A DNA stretch of 64,000 nt from NCBI GenBank assembly GCA_963675785.1, contig OY776562.1, positions 672,001-736,000 on the forward strand, given 5' to 3'. Origin of the DNA: Anaerolineae bacterium (GTDB taxonomy: Bacteria; Chloroflexota; Anaerolineae; UBA1429). The translations under genes and the position numbers were made by a program. The notes under the pieces are model-generated. The model ran no database searches. It was given only the letters and a program-made list of their open reading frames with translations, and was not told where the DNA came from. Positions 18,333 through 28,271 of this stretch are shown piece by piece; the stretch's first letter is position 1; each line of letters begins with the position of its first letter.

Positions 18333-20518
18333 GCGTCTTTATCCCTTTTATGCATCAAGGCAACGGCAATAGCCTCTGCAAGCGATTCTCGCGTAAAAGG
18401 TTTTTTCAGAAACTGCACTTGGCCCAGTTCTGCGCTGATGATTTCTTGTTCGCGTCCGGTATAACCGGACATGTAGACGACGCCAAAACCATTCCGTCTT
18501 TTACCAGCGAGCTGCACAAACTCTGGGCCGCTCACCTCGGGCATAACTACATCGACGAGCAGTACATCAATCTGAAGGGATGTGTCGTTTAAGAATGTCA
18601 GGCCCTCTTCCCAGTTTCCGGCCTCCAGTGTTTCATACCCCAGTTTTCTGAGCATGATTGCAGCCAGATCTCTAACAGGTGTTGTGTCATCCAAGATGAG
18701 AATAGTTGCTTTGACGGAATTGGTTATGTGAGCCTGTTTGCTCGGCATCGCGATGATGGGGGTATCAGAACAGAGTGGCAAAGCGACTTCAAACGTGGTT
18801 CCCGCGTTTTCTATGCTTCTCACATTGACCCATCCATTCATCCGCTCGACTAGAGTTTGTACTGTCGCGAGTCCTAACCCTGTCCCCCCCCCTTGGTCGG
18901 CACGCGTGGTGAAAAAAGGATCAAAGATATGTTCCAGTACATCACGGCTCATGCCGAGGCCAGTATCGCGGATAACGATTACTGCAAAGTCTCCATCAAC
19001 CCCGATTTCACTTTTACTATTTGTGGGCTGAGGCCGATACTCGTCAAGGCTCATGTGCAATTCGCCGCCTTTTGGCATGGCTTCACGAGCATTCGTTACT
19101 AAATTCATGATGATGCGTTCTATAACGCCCGGTCGCGTATGGACGGGGAGAGGTTGGGGAGGTAGAGATACTGTGAAGGTTATCGATTTATCCAGTGCTC
19201 TTTCGATAGCATGTGCGGTTTCTTGGATCAGCTTGGTGAGATCTAGGACAATTCCTTGATCACCCTGTTCATCATCTATAATGGCCAGCTGTTCGATGAT
19301 GCTCTGGGCTTTTTCCGTGGCGGCCAAAATTGATTGGGCGTCACTGACAGTTTGAGCATCATTCAGGCTGGTGGTAAGCAACTCTGCAGAGCCATGAATC
19401 ACAGTGAGTATCTCGCGAAAATCATGCGAGATGCCCTTGATGAGGTGGGCTATGGCACGGAGGTTGCGAGATTTTTCCAACTGGAGTTCTGCGTCTATGT
19501 ATTCACTGATATTGCGCACAGTAAGGACTTGTCCTTGCGTCCTATCAACAAGGTCAACAAGTTGTGCACTGCTGCAAGAAACAGGAATTGGTTTTCCGTC
19601 AGCGTTGACGAGTTCAGCTTGAAAGCCTCTATTTTCGCCAGTCGCTAGTTCTACGGGCTTGATGAGATGGGTATACTCAATAGGACGGGCTAGTTCATTC
19701 CATTTTTTTCCGACTATGCTGGTGCTCGGAAAGCCTACGAGCTGCTCAGCAGCGGGGTTGACCCTTCTAATGCGTCCATCTGTATCCAGGATAAAGAGCG
19801 CATCGGGCATATTCAGCAACAGGCTTTCAGCAACTGATCTTGAAGTTGGATCAAAAGGACGGTAAGCGGAAAGACGAATTCCCATGCCAATGAGCGTCAA
19901 AGAAAAGATCATTGTCGTGATATCTGCTGGGTTCTTTAGCCAGTAAAAGTTCAAGAAAGTGGCGATTCCCCCAGCGAAAAGGCCAACAGCCGACCATCTC
20001 AGGACGATGCGCGAGAAATGTTGGTAGACGATATCTTGCGTAGTATGTTGCGTGCGATAGTCAGCCAAGATACAAGCGGCGCATGCTAGAACACCGCTGA
20101 TGAGGCCGATGATTGCTATGTGCATATTGAGATGAAGCGGAATCCGGGCACCCGGTATGAGTGATGCAGAATTGGGTAATCTCACAAACGCAAGAGTCAC
20201 GGCGCTGGCCAATCCCAAAATCAAAGCAGTCATTGTTGCAGTTCGTCGGACATGAGCAGGGCAAAGTGAGAAAGGAAGTACAAGGATAAGGCAATAGGCG
20301 AGAGGCCAAGCCAAACTGAGGTGAGTAAAGGCTCTGGTGATCTCGATGGATAGAGATCTGTCTGTTCCGGCAAGGACTAGCAGATAGACTGCTAGAAGAG
20401 CAGCGGCAAAGGAATACATGCGCCTCAAAACAGGCCGGCCTCCTCGGAAAAAATTCAGGCCGGCAAGAACAGCCAGTATTATGGCGTCTGCAATGCAAAA
20501 AAGCACATAAATGCTCAA
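18329..20518 (-). CDS. Membrane hybrid histidine kinase (TM sensor, PAS, kinase, receiver)
   Basis: ISHDFRE H-box, NLVTNAREAM, DTGLGM, GTGLGL, receiver ILDD..LVDVVMP..MSGY..KPF. Confidence 0.92.
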   Translation of the reverse strand: MSIYVLFCIADAIILAVLAGLNFFRGGRPVLRRMYSFAAALLAVYLLVLAGTDRSLSIEITRAFTHLSLAWPLAYCLILVLPFSLCPAHVRRTATMTALILGLASAVTLAFVRLPNSASLIPGARIPLHLNMHIAIIGLISGVLACAACILADYRTQHTTQDIVYQHFSRIVLRWSAVGLFAGGIATFLNFYWLKNPADITTMIFSLTLIGMGIRLSAYRPFDPTSRSVAESLLLNMPDALFILDTDGRIRRVNPAAEQLVGFPSTSIVGKKWNELARPIEYTHLIKPVELATGENRGFQAELVNADGKPIPVSCSSAQLVDLVDRTQGQVLTVRNISEYIDAELQLEKSRNLRAIAHLIKGISHDFREILTVIHGSAELLTTSLNDAQTVSDAQSILAATEKAQSIIEQLAIIDDEQGDQGIVLDLTKLIQETAHAIERALDKSITFTVSLPPQPLPVHTRPGVIERIIMNLVTNAREAMPKGGELHMSLDEYRPQPTNSKSEIGVDGDFAVIVIRDTGLGMSRDVLEHIFDPFFTTRADQGGGTGLGLATVQTLVERMNGWVNVRSIENAGTTFEVALPLCSDTPIIAMPSKQAHITNSVKATILILDDTTPVRDLAAIMLRKLGYETLEAGNWEEGLTFLNDTSLQIDVLLVDVVMPEVSGPEFVQLAGKRRNGFGVVYMSGYTGREQEIISAELGQVQFLKKPFTRESLAEAIAVALMHKRDKDA

Positions 20519-20538
20519 TCTCAGGTGTCCTGTGTGAA

Positions 20539-22773
20539 CTAGGGGATACGAGCCCTGGCGTCCAATACGCGGCGAACCTGACGAGCGAGTGTTTCAAAAG
20601 CAAAAGGTTTTTCTAAAAAGGCAAGCCCTGGTTCAATAACCCCTTGGTGAACAATAGCATGATCAGTGTAACCCGAGGTAAATAGAACCGCAAGGTCAGG
20701 ATAGAGATTGAGCAAAGAGTCAGCCAATTGTTTTCCATTCATACCGGGCATAATGATGTCCGTCAGTACTAGGTCAACCTTGTTTCTGCTTTGACTCATC
20801 AACTCGAGAGCATCTTGTCCGTTTGCTGCCTGAATGACTTGATAGCCCAGGCGTTCAAGCAGACTGGCGGTGATAATGCGTACTTCGGCCTCGTCTTCTA
20901 CAACGAGAATTTTCTCGTGTCCGCCACACAGCTCATGGGTCTCTTCTGTTGTGATGCTGGCGCTGGCCTGAGCCTGATGTGGAAGGTAGATCTTGAAAGT
21001 AGAGCCATGTACGAGTTCACTATACACATAGATGCTGCCACCAAACTGCTTGACGATGCCATATACGGTGGCCAGGCCCAGGCCGGTGCCCTTGCCGGGT
21101 TCTTTGGTTGTAAAAAAAGGCTCAAAGAGATGTTCCCGAACTTCGGGCGTCATGCCTGTACCAGTATCGCTGACGACAATGCGAACATATTCGCCGGGTT
21201 GAAAGTCAATGTGGTTGGCCGCAAAATCTTCGTCTACAACTGCACGGCCCGTTTCAATGATCAGCATACCGCCGTCAGGCATAGCGTCGCGGGCATTCAC
21301 CGAGAGGTTTAGAATCATCTGCTCTATTTGACCAGGATCTGCTAGAACGAGACCAAGGTCTGGCATTAGAGAGAGATCGATAAGAATATCTTCTCCCAGA
21401 ATGCGTTCGAGCATGGCTACCATATTCTGGATGACTTGGTTCACGTCCACAAACTGCATTTTGAGCATCTGTCGACGGCTAAATGCCAGCAATTGCCTTG
21501 TCAGGCGTGCAGCTCGATCGACAGCGAGATGTATTTCTTCCAGATCGGGCAGAATACAAGCTGCATCCGGAGGTAAATTCATGGCTATGAATTGACTATA
21601 CCCCTTGATGACGGTGAGTAAGTTGTTAAAGTCGTGTGCAACACCACCCGCCAGCTGCCCAATTGCCTCCATCTTTTGCGATTGCCTGAGCTGTTCCTGC
21701 AAAAGTCGTTGCTCGGTGATATCCGTCAAAACAAGCATTGCATCTGACGTCTTGCGGGTTGTAACGAGTGAGCCGATATGCGCAGAAAGCCACTCTGCTC
21801 CTCTACCGCCGGCCAGACGGAGTTCAAGGCTCAGATTGCCTGGGTGACTTGTGACAGTCGCCAGAGCGTCTCGAAGTGGTGCGCGTTCGTCACCCCTGAG
21901 CAAATCGAACAAGTTCTCGTCTTCCTGAGGAGCAAAGGCACACTCTGATACGGACTTGGAGGCGTACAGTACCTTGCCATCGGCGTCAACGGTGACGATG
22001 ACGCTGGGTGCATTGACAATGAGACTTTTCCAGCGGGCTTCCGAATCACGCAGTGCCTGTTCGGTTTCCTGGCGACGTTCAATCTCTTGTTTGAGCTCAA
22101 TGTTGATCTGTTCGAGTTCACGGGTCCTGGCAGCTACGCGTTCTTCCAATTCGGCCTGTGCGGCCACAAGCGATTGCTCGATACGCTTACGCGAGATCAA
22201 AGAAGCCACATAGTTTGCCAGGCTGGCCGAAGTGCGGATGAGTTGTTCTCTGAGTTCTATCACCTCGGGATGAGCCAGGGTCAGTGCCCCCACAACTTCT
22301 TGGTTGACAATCATCGGAACGATGAGGAGTGTTTTGACACCCAACCGCTCAAGGCTGCGGTTGCCATGTTCCGATTGTCCCCAGACATGGGTTTGTACAA
22401 AGGTTTGCCCGGTTCTGATGACGGTTCCCGAGAGGGTTTCATCCATAGGCAGTTCGAGGGCGTTTTCATCTACTGGTGAGGCAAGGCCAAAGGCGGCATC
22501 CAGAACCATTTTTCCGGTTCTAGCATCGGGATGTTTGATGAGCACAATAGGGAGACTGGTGGCATTGCTGATTTCTTCAACAAGGTCCTGACATACCTCT
22601 CGCAAAGATCCGGGGCGAAGAGATATCTCGGACATGTTGTGCAATGCATGCAGCTCTTGCTCATTCAGACGAAGACTGCGAATGAGCTCGTTTTCATCGC
22701 TCCATGTTTCAGCGTTTTCAGGTGCAGAATGTGCCACGTCGGTAGACAAATGACTCCCTTCCCGAAAACCCAT
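20539..22773 (-). CDS. Cytoplasmic hybrid histidine kinase (GAF, PAS, kinase, receiver), CckA-like
   Basis: [49 protein letters not shown]; real start may be TTG 22749 (GGGAG RBS). Confidence 0.95.
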   Translation of the reverse strand: MGFREGSHLSTDVAHSAPENAETWSDENELIRSLRLNEQELHALHNMSEISLRPGSLREVCQDLVEEISNATSLPIVLIKHPDARTGKMVLDAAFGLASPVDENALELPMDETLSGTVIRTGQTFVQTHVWGQSEHGNRSLERLGVKTLLIVPMIVNQEVVGALTLAHPEVIELREQLIRTSASLANYVASLISRKRIEQSLVAAQAELEERVAARTRELEQINIELKQEIERRQETEQALRDSEARWKSLIVNAPSVIVTVDADGKVLYASKSVSECAFAPQEDENLFDLLRGDERAPLRDALATVTSHPGNLSLELRLAGGRGAEWLSAHIGSLVTTRKTSDAMLVLTDITEQRLLQEQLRQSQKMEAIGQLAGGVAHDFNNLLTVIKGYSQFIAMNLPPDAACILPDLEEIHLAVDRAARLTRQLLAFSRRQMLKMQFVDVNQVIQNMVAMLERILGEDILIDLSLMPDLGLVLADPGQIEQMILNLSVNARDAMPDGGMLIIETGRAVVDEDFAANHIDFQPGEYVRIVVSDTGTGMTPEVREHLFEPFFTTKEPGKGTGLGLATVYGIVKQFGGSIYVYSELVHGSTFKIYLPHQAQASASITTEETHELCGGHEKILVVEDEAEVRIITASLLERLGYQVIQAANGQDALELMSQSRNKVDLVLTDIIMPGMNGKQLADSLLNLYPDLAVLFTSGYTDHAIVHQGVIEPGLAFLEKPFAFETLARQVRRVLDARARIP

Positions 22774-22790
22774 AGGCTACAATAGAGGCG

Positions 22791-22819
22791 ATTATACTTT
22801 TGACATAATGGGGGGTCAA
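22791..22819 (-). promoter_or_regulatory. Sigma70-type promoter for the three-kinase unit
   Basis: Minus strand TTGACC-17bp-TATAAT. Confidence 0.75.
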
Positions 22820-22890
22820 GTGCTTGTGTGAAAACCGATTGCCTCTTGGCAGAGCCTTCGTGTTCGTGCATAATCTAGTATGTAATATTT

Positions 22891-25836
22891 GTGGGGAGGA
22901 TCTCGCTGGTTGCCTCAAATCTTGTAATACTTGGCCTTGGCGGCATTCTGGTGTCTATCATTGCCTATGTTTTGGGCATGATTATTATCTGGGATGATCG
23001 CGGTTCACATGATGCATTGCCTTTTGGGGCATTGTTTCTTGTTGCTGCACTTGTGAGTTTGGCATACCTCGGAGAGATGCTCAGTCCGTCCTACGTACTT
23101 GCAACTAGTTGGTCCTACGCTCTAGCATCTCTGCAAGCAGTCATTCCTGTGGCCTGGGTTGTTGTTACGATATCGCTGGTGGGTAGCCCTGCTTTGTTGC
23201 GCGGTTGGCGCTTGGCTGTACTCATGTTCGTGCCTCTTTTGACTCTTTTAGTGATTGCTGTACCGCCGCTTCGATCGTTCTACTGGCAGAGCCGCGTGTA
23301 TGTTAGGGTGGGTGGTGCACTGGTTGCCCATCATCATTATAACGGGTGGGCCTGGGTTCAGTTTGGCTATACAGCCCTACTTACACTGGCAGGAGTGAGG
23401 TTGTGGCTAAAGGCTCAACATCGAGATAGCCCTGTGAGTATTCGCGTTGGTTTGGGGATTGCGTTTGTTGCGTTGGTCACAGTCATACCCTTCTTTTTAC
23501 AGCTCTTTGGATTTTCCAATGAGCAACAGATTGCTCTGATTGGCGTGGGAATGGCGATTTCTGCGACGGCAGCAATCTATAGTGTATTGGGAGAATTGGT
23601 ATCTGGCTTTGCCAGGGTAAACAGAGGGGCAGTTGTTGATACAACCAACATGATCATTGTTGCCCTAGACCAGCAAGGGCACATCCTGGATATGAACCCT
23701 GCAGCCGAAGCTTTTTGGGGATGTTCATTGCGCGAATGTATCGGGTTGGATGTTGGCATTCTAGAACAGGGCAGTGACGCAGCGTTTGCACAAAATATTC
23801 AGGGCGACCAAGAGCTGCGTCTAGTTGCCCATTGGGATCGTCACCCGGGGCGAGATTTTGAGGTTTTATTTCAACCGATGATAGGAAAACGAGGTGAAAG
23901 GCTTGGCCGCCTTCTTGCTGTGACGGATGTAACCGCACGTGTCAGGGCCGAGCAAGAGTTGGCGCACTCACAACGCTGGTATCGGTCCATCCTGGAACAG
24001 TCTCCTTCGATGATCATGGTCCTTGATCAGGATGGGCGAATTGAGCTGGTTAACCAGACGCCTCAAGGATTCTCAACGGAATATATGCTGGGGCAGAGTG
24101 TTTATGATTTTGTTCCTGGGGATCATGCCGAACGCTTACGATCGGCATTGAAGCAAGTGTTTGAAAAGGGTGAGAACGCCACTTACGAGCACCAGGGAGC
24201 TGAGGATGGCACTTGGCACACCAACACACTTGCGCCAATTGCTGTGGATGGTGAGGTCAGCCAGGCTGCTTTGGTTGGTACGGATATCACCGCTTTAATT
24301 CAGGCACAACAGGCATTGCTAGAAAGCGAACAACGATATCGGACAATATTTGAGACGGCTGGGACGGGCCTCCTTATCATTGATGAGGATACTACCATCG
24401 CCATGGCGAATCAGCTGATTTGCGATATGACGGGCTATTCGCATGAAGAGATTGTCGGTTCGCCGTTTCCCCAGCTTTTTGCAGTCTATGAACACGAACG
24501 TATGTTGGGTTATCATTGTGAGAGACGCGAACCAGATGGGAGTGCTCCCTCGACGTACGAGTGTGCCATGCACCAGAAAGATGGCATGGAGCGAATCGTG
24601 TTTCTCAATGTTTCGGTAATACCGGGGACGAAGCAATCTGTTGTATCTGTTCTTGATGTGAGCGAGCAACGCAGAACCGAAGAGAGACTTCGCCATGCAC
24701 TCAAATTGGAAGCCATTGGCCAGCTTGCAGGTGGTGTTGCGCATGACTTTAACAACCTTTTGACGGTAATTAACGGTAGCGCCGAATTTGTAATTGACGC
24801 CCTGCAGGAGGGGAGTGCTGAACGAGCAGATGTAGAGGAAATCCTGCGCTCAGGTCAGCGCGCCGCCGAGCTAACACGTCAGCTTCTTGCTTTCAGTCGG
24901 CGTCAGGTGCTCGAGATGAACATGTTGAATCTGAATGACGTGCTAAGCAACGTTTCTGAAATGGTGCGGCGTCTTATTGGCGAACATATCGAACTAGAAT
25001 TGGATTTGGCCCCTGATCTCTGGGGTATTTATGCAGACGATGCACAGCTTGAACAAGTTGTGATCAATTTATGTATCAACGCGCGCGATGCAATGCCGAC
25101 TGGTGGGCATGTTTATCTATCTACTCGCAATTGCGAACTGCATGAAGAGATGACTGCATCGAATCTGCGGCTTGCAGCCGGCAGGTATGTGGTTCTTACT
25201 ATACAGGATACGGGCGAGGGCATGTCTCCAGCGGTTTTGGATCACCTTTTTGAGCCCTTTTTCACCACCAAAGAAGTTGGCAAGGGCACAGGCTTGGGCC
25301 TTTCATCTGTCTATGGCATTGTTACCCAATCGGGTGGTGAGATCTGCTGTGAGAGTACGGTGGGCGAGGGTACCACTTTTCAGGTTTATCTGCCGGTTTC
25401 CGAAATCAATGACAATGACTGTGATACAACCTCAAACGCCAAAGCGGAAGCATCTTTTGCTGGAGAGACGATCCTTGTAGTTGAAGACCAGAATGATGTG
25501 CGCCGTCTGACGCGGCGTATGCTGGAAAACAAGGGCTACCATGTGATTGAAGCAACAGACGGCATTAACGCTCTGGACATCGGCGTTTCGTATGACGAAC
25601 CTATCGACGTGATTCTTACGGATGTAGTTATGCCGCAAATGCTGGGGCCAGAGATGATAGCTCGCTTGCGTCGGGCCCGTCATGATTTCGTGGTCATTTA
25701 TGCGTCTGGCTATTCTGATCAGGTAGATGAGGTTTGGTCCCAGGCTGAGCGCGATGGCGATTTTTTCCTTTCCAAGCCTTATACAGCTGATGAACTTTTG
25801 GGTACAATCGTACGGGCCTTGGCCACAAAAGAGTAA
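22891..25836 (+). CDS. Hybrid histidine kinase (7TM sensor, three PAS, kinase, receiver)
   Basis: Hydrophobic N-terminus, three PAS units ending [35 protein letters not shown]. Confidence 0.95.
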   Translation: MGRISLVASNLVILGLGGILVSIIAYVLGMIIIWDDRGSHDALPFGALFLVAALVSLAYLGEMLSPSYVLATSWSYALASLQAVIPVAWVVVTISLVGSPALLRGWRLAVLMFVPLLTLLVIAVPPLRSFYWQSRVYVRVGGALVAHHHYNGWAWVQFGYTALLTLAGVRLWLKAQHRDSPVSIRVGLGIAFVALVTVIPFFLQLFGFSNEQQIALIGVGMAISATAAIYSVLGELVSGFARVNRGAVVDTTNMIIVALDQQGHILDMNPAAEAFWGCSLRECIGLDVGILEQGSDAAFAQNIQGDQELRLVAHWDRHPGRDFEVLFQPMIGKRGERLGRLLAVTDVTARVRAEQELAHSQRWYRSILEQSPSMIMVLDQDGRIELVNQTPQGFSTEYMLGQSVYDFVPGDHAERLRSALKQVFEKGENATYEHQGAEDGTWHTNTLAPIAVDGEVSQAALVGTDITALIQAQQALLESEQRYRTIFETAGTGLLIIDEDTTIAMANQLICDMTGYSHEEIVGSPFPQLFAVYEHERMLGYHCERREPDGSAPSTYECAMHQKDGMERIVFLNVSVIPGTKQSVVSVLDVSEQRRTEERLRHALKLEAIGQLAGGVAHDFNNLLTVINGSAEFVIDALQEGSAERADVEEILRSGQRAAELTRQLLAFSRRQVLEMNMLNLNDVLSNVSEMVRRLIGEHIELELDLAPDLWGIYADDAQLEQVVINLCINARDAMPTGGHVYLSTRNCELHEEMTASNLRLAAGRYVVLTIQDTGEGMSPAVLDHLFEPFFTTKEVGKGTGLGLSSVYGIVTQSGGEICCESTVGEGTTFQVYLPVSEINDNDCDTTSNAKAEASFAGETILVVEDQNDVRRLTRRMLENKGYHVIEATDGINALDIGVSYDEPIDVILTDVVMPQMLGPEMIARLRRARHDFVVIYASGYSDQVDEVWSQAERDGDFFLSKPYTADELLGTIVRALATKE

Positions 25837-25848
25837 GGGCAATTCATT

Positions 25849-27537
25849 ATGCGAGATCATCGAGCATTGGTTCTGTGCCTGGTTCTTGGTCTAACCGTTG
25901 TTTTTGCTCCTCTGCTTGCTGCGGATTCGGTGGTTACGGCGTATGTATTGGTAGGGCAGAGCAGCGATGCCATCCCCAACGGCTATTCTGGTTACGCCGA
26001 TGTCTCTTACAACGGCCGGTATGTAGCTTTTTATTCCGAAGCCAATAATCTTGTAACAGGAGACACTGCCTGGGGAGATGTTTTTGTATACGATATGGAG
26101 ACAAAAACATGCGAGCTGGTTAGCGTCGGCATCAATGGCATAGAGGCCAACCAGGCTAGTGGCGAAGAATGGGCTGTGCGGGGACTTTCTATATCTGATA
26201 ATGGTGAGCTGGTTGCTTTCAACTCTTGGGCCTCCAATCTTGTTGATGGTGATACCCAGTTCGACAGCCTGGATGTGTTTGTGCGAGAACTATCACCCCA
26301 GGTAACAACGCGAATCTCGGTGGGGCTGGATGGCGCCGAAGCCAACGGTTCGTCGTGGTCGCCGATTATCTCGGGAGATGGCTCTCGTGTTGTCTTTATC
26401 TCTCGCGCCGGGAACCTTGATGAAAATGATGGCAACGGCGCTGCGGATGTTTTTCTGTATGATCTGGATAATGAAGAATTGCAGCTCGTTTCACAGGGGC
26501 TCGATGGTAAGGCAGCTGCGGCCGACGTTGGGGGCTTGACGACGATGGGCGGTCTCGACATCTCGGCTGATGGGCGCTATGTGGTGTTTGCTTCGCATAG
26601 CAGTGATCTGATAGCGGACGATACGAACGATTCTACCGATGTCTTTTTGTGGGATACAAAAAGAAACGTCATGAGCCGGGTTTCGGTCTCTTCTGATGGC
26701 CGCCAGGGCAATGACGACTCTGGAGAGAGTTTGCCCGATGGCGGCGGTGTGGCCATCTCCGATGATGGCCGATATATTGCCTTTGTCTCCTGGGCCAGCA
26801 ACCTGGTATCCGGTGACACCAATCAACACCCCGACGTATTCTTGCATGATACCGTGAGCGGCATTACCGAGCGCGTCTCTGTGAGTAGCGAGGGCAATCA
26901 GGCTCAGTGGAGTGGAGAAGAGCCGCAAGCTTATCAGCAGTTGCCGAGTGTGGATATCAGCGGCGATGGCCGTTATGTGGTTTTTCAGTCGGCGGCGACG
27001 AATCTTGATAGCGCAGTTTCGGTTTCTGGTTGGGGGGTGTACATCCACGATAGCCTGACTGGCGTAACCCGGCGCATAGCCGATACCCTGGTGGGGGAGA
27101 GCTCCGCTGCGCAGGACGGTGTATCTACGGTGGCGCTTTCCGGGGATGCTAGTACTTTGGTGTTTGGTTCCAATTCGGCCAACATCTTGCCGGCAGGCGC
27201 GAGCTCTTTTAGTGATATCTATGCGGCACGCCTTGACTTGGTTGCACTGAACATGGGCCAGGTTGACATAGTTCCCACAGTAACGCTCGTACCGACGGCG
27301 CCGGTTGTAGTGCCGACTCTTCCAGTTGAGCCGACACCTCAGGCGACACAACAAGTGGTTACGACGCCCACGCCGATCGAGGGATTTACCGCGACACCTG
27401 TTCTCGTTACGCCAACCCCCGAGGCTGCCGATGAGACGGGTAGATTGGGCGGAACGTGGTTCAGTCGAATCGTGACGCAAATCCAAGGAGTATTCCGGGC
27501 CTTTTTTGATTGGCTCGTCTCTCTTTCAAAGGGATGA
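25849..27537 (+). CDS. Secreted TolB-like beta-propeller repeat protein with Pro/Thr-rich linker
   Basis: Signal peptide; repeated ISxDGRYVxFxSxAxNLVxGDTN..DVF units; PT-rich stretch before a C-terminal amphipathic helix. Confidence 0.88.
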   Translation: MRDHRALVLCLVLGLTVVFAPLLAADSVVTAYVLVGQSSDAIPNGYSGYADVSYNGRYVAFYSEANNLVTGDTAWGDVFVYDMETKTCELVSVGINGIEANQASGEEWAVRGLSISDNGELVAFNSWASNLVDGDTQFDSLDVFVRELSPQVTTRISVGLDGAEANGSSWSPIISGDGSRVVFISRAGNLDENDGNGAADVFLYDLDNEELQLVSQGLDGKAAAADVGGLTTMGGLDISADGRYVVFASHSSDLIADDTNDSTDVFLWDTKRNVMSRVSVSSDGRQGNDDSGESLPDGGGVAISDDGRYIAFVSWASNLVSGDTNQHPDVFLHDTVSGITERVSVSSEGNQAQWSGEEPQAYQQLPSVDISGDGRYVVFQSAATNLDSAVSVSGWGVYIHDSLTGVTRRIADTLVGESSAAQDGVSTVALSGDASTLVFGSNSANILPAGASSFSDIYAARLDLVALNMGQVDIVPTVTLVPTAPVVVPTLPVEPTPQATQQVVTTPTPIEGFTATPVLVTPTPEAADETGRLGGTWFSRIVTQIQGVFRAFFDWLVSLSKG

Positions 27538-27550
27538 CCTTTAGCTGAGC

Positions 27551-27586
27551 AAGCCCTTCATATTCGCGTGAAGGGCTTCTTTTCTT
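27551..27586 (+). terminator. Intrinsic terminator
   Basis: AAGCCCTTCA / TGAAGGGCTT followed by CTTTTCTT. Confidence 0.8.
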
Positions 27587-27590
27587 GTTG

Positions 27591-27619
27591 TTGACATTAA
27601 AATTGAACTATAGTATAAA
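27591..27619 (+). promoter_or_regulatory. Sigma70-type promoter for tetR and the ABC exporter
   Basis: TTGACA-17bp-TATAAA in an AT-rich tract. Confidence 0.75.
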
Positions 27620-27643
27620 TATAGATAATGGTATAAGAAAAGA

Positions 27644-28270
27644 GTGAACATGCTCCAGGAAACGGGTTTGAGGGAACGCAAAAAGAGACAGACACGTCGC
27701 GATATCGTCTGGGCGGCGACGCAGCTTTTTGAAAAGCAGGGTTATGATGCCACCTCGGTGGAGCAGATTGCCGAAAAGGCCGAGATATCTCGTGGCACAT
27801 TTTTCAACTATTTTCCGAGCAAAGACGTATTGTTGAATGCCATCGCCGAACAGGAAGTGGATGATTTGCGTGACGTATTCACCCGTGACCTGTCGACAAT
27901 ATCGAGCCCTCTCAAGCGCTTGGAGCGCCTTGTCGAGCTTTATTCACGCGATACACTCGAATACAGGAATGTCACCCGTCTGACGATGCAATCCATCCTT
28001 TCAGCGCCAGACTGTCTTCCTAGCGCGGTCAGGTCTTTTCTCAATCTAGTGGGGGACCAACTTATGGATGCACGTGCTGCCGGAGAGATCGACAAGGATG
28101 TCGACCCGGAGGAGGCGGTCATTGCTTTTATGGGTATTCATCTTGCCTCGGTTTTCTGGTCGATTGCCCAAGAGGATTCATCCACGTCTCCACAGGAGCG
28201 TTTCTATAGCCTGTTGGACTTGCTTTTCCGAGGGATAGCAGGCCCAGCTTATGATGCAAGAGGAAACTAG
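27644..28270 (+). CDS. TetR/AcrR family transcriptional regulator
   Basis: GLRERKKRQTR...LFEKQGYDATSVEQIAEKAEISRGTFFNYFPSKD. Confidence 0.93.
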   Translation: MNMLQETGLRERKKRQTRRDIVWAATQLFEKQGYDATSVEQIAEKAEISRGTFFNYFPSKDVLLNAIAEQEVDDLRDVFTRDLSTISSPLKRLERLVELYSRDTLEYRNVTRLTMQSILSAPDCLPSAVRSFLNLVGDQLMDARAAGEIDKDVDPEEAVIAFMGIHLASVFWSIAQEDSSTSPQERFYSLLDLLFRGIAGPAYDARGN

Positions 28271-28271
28271 T

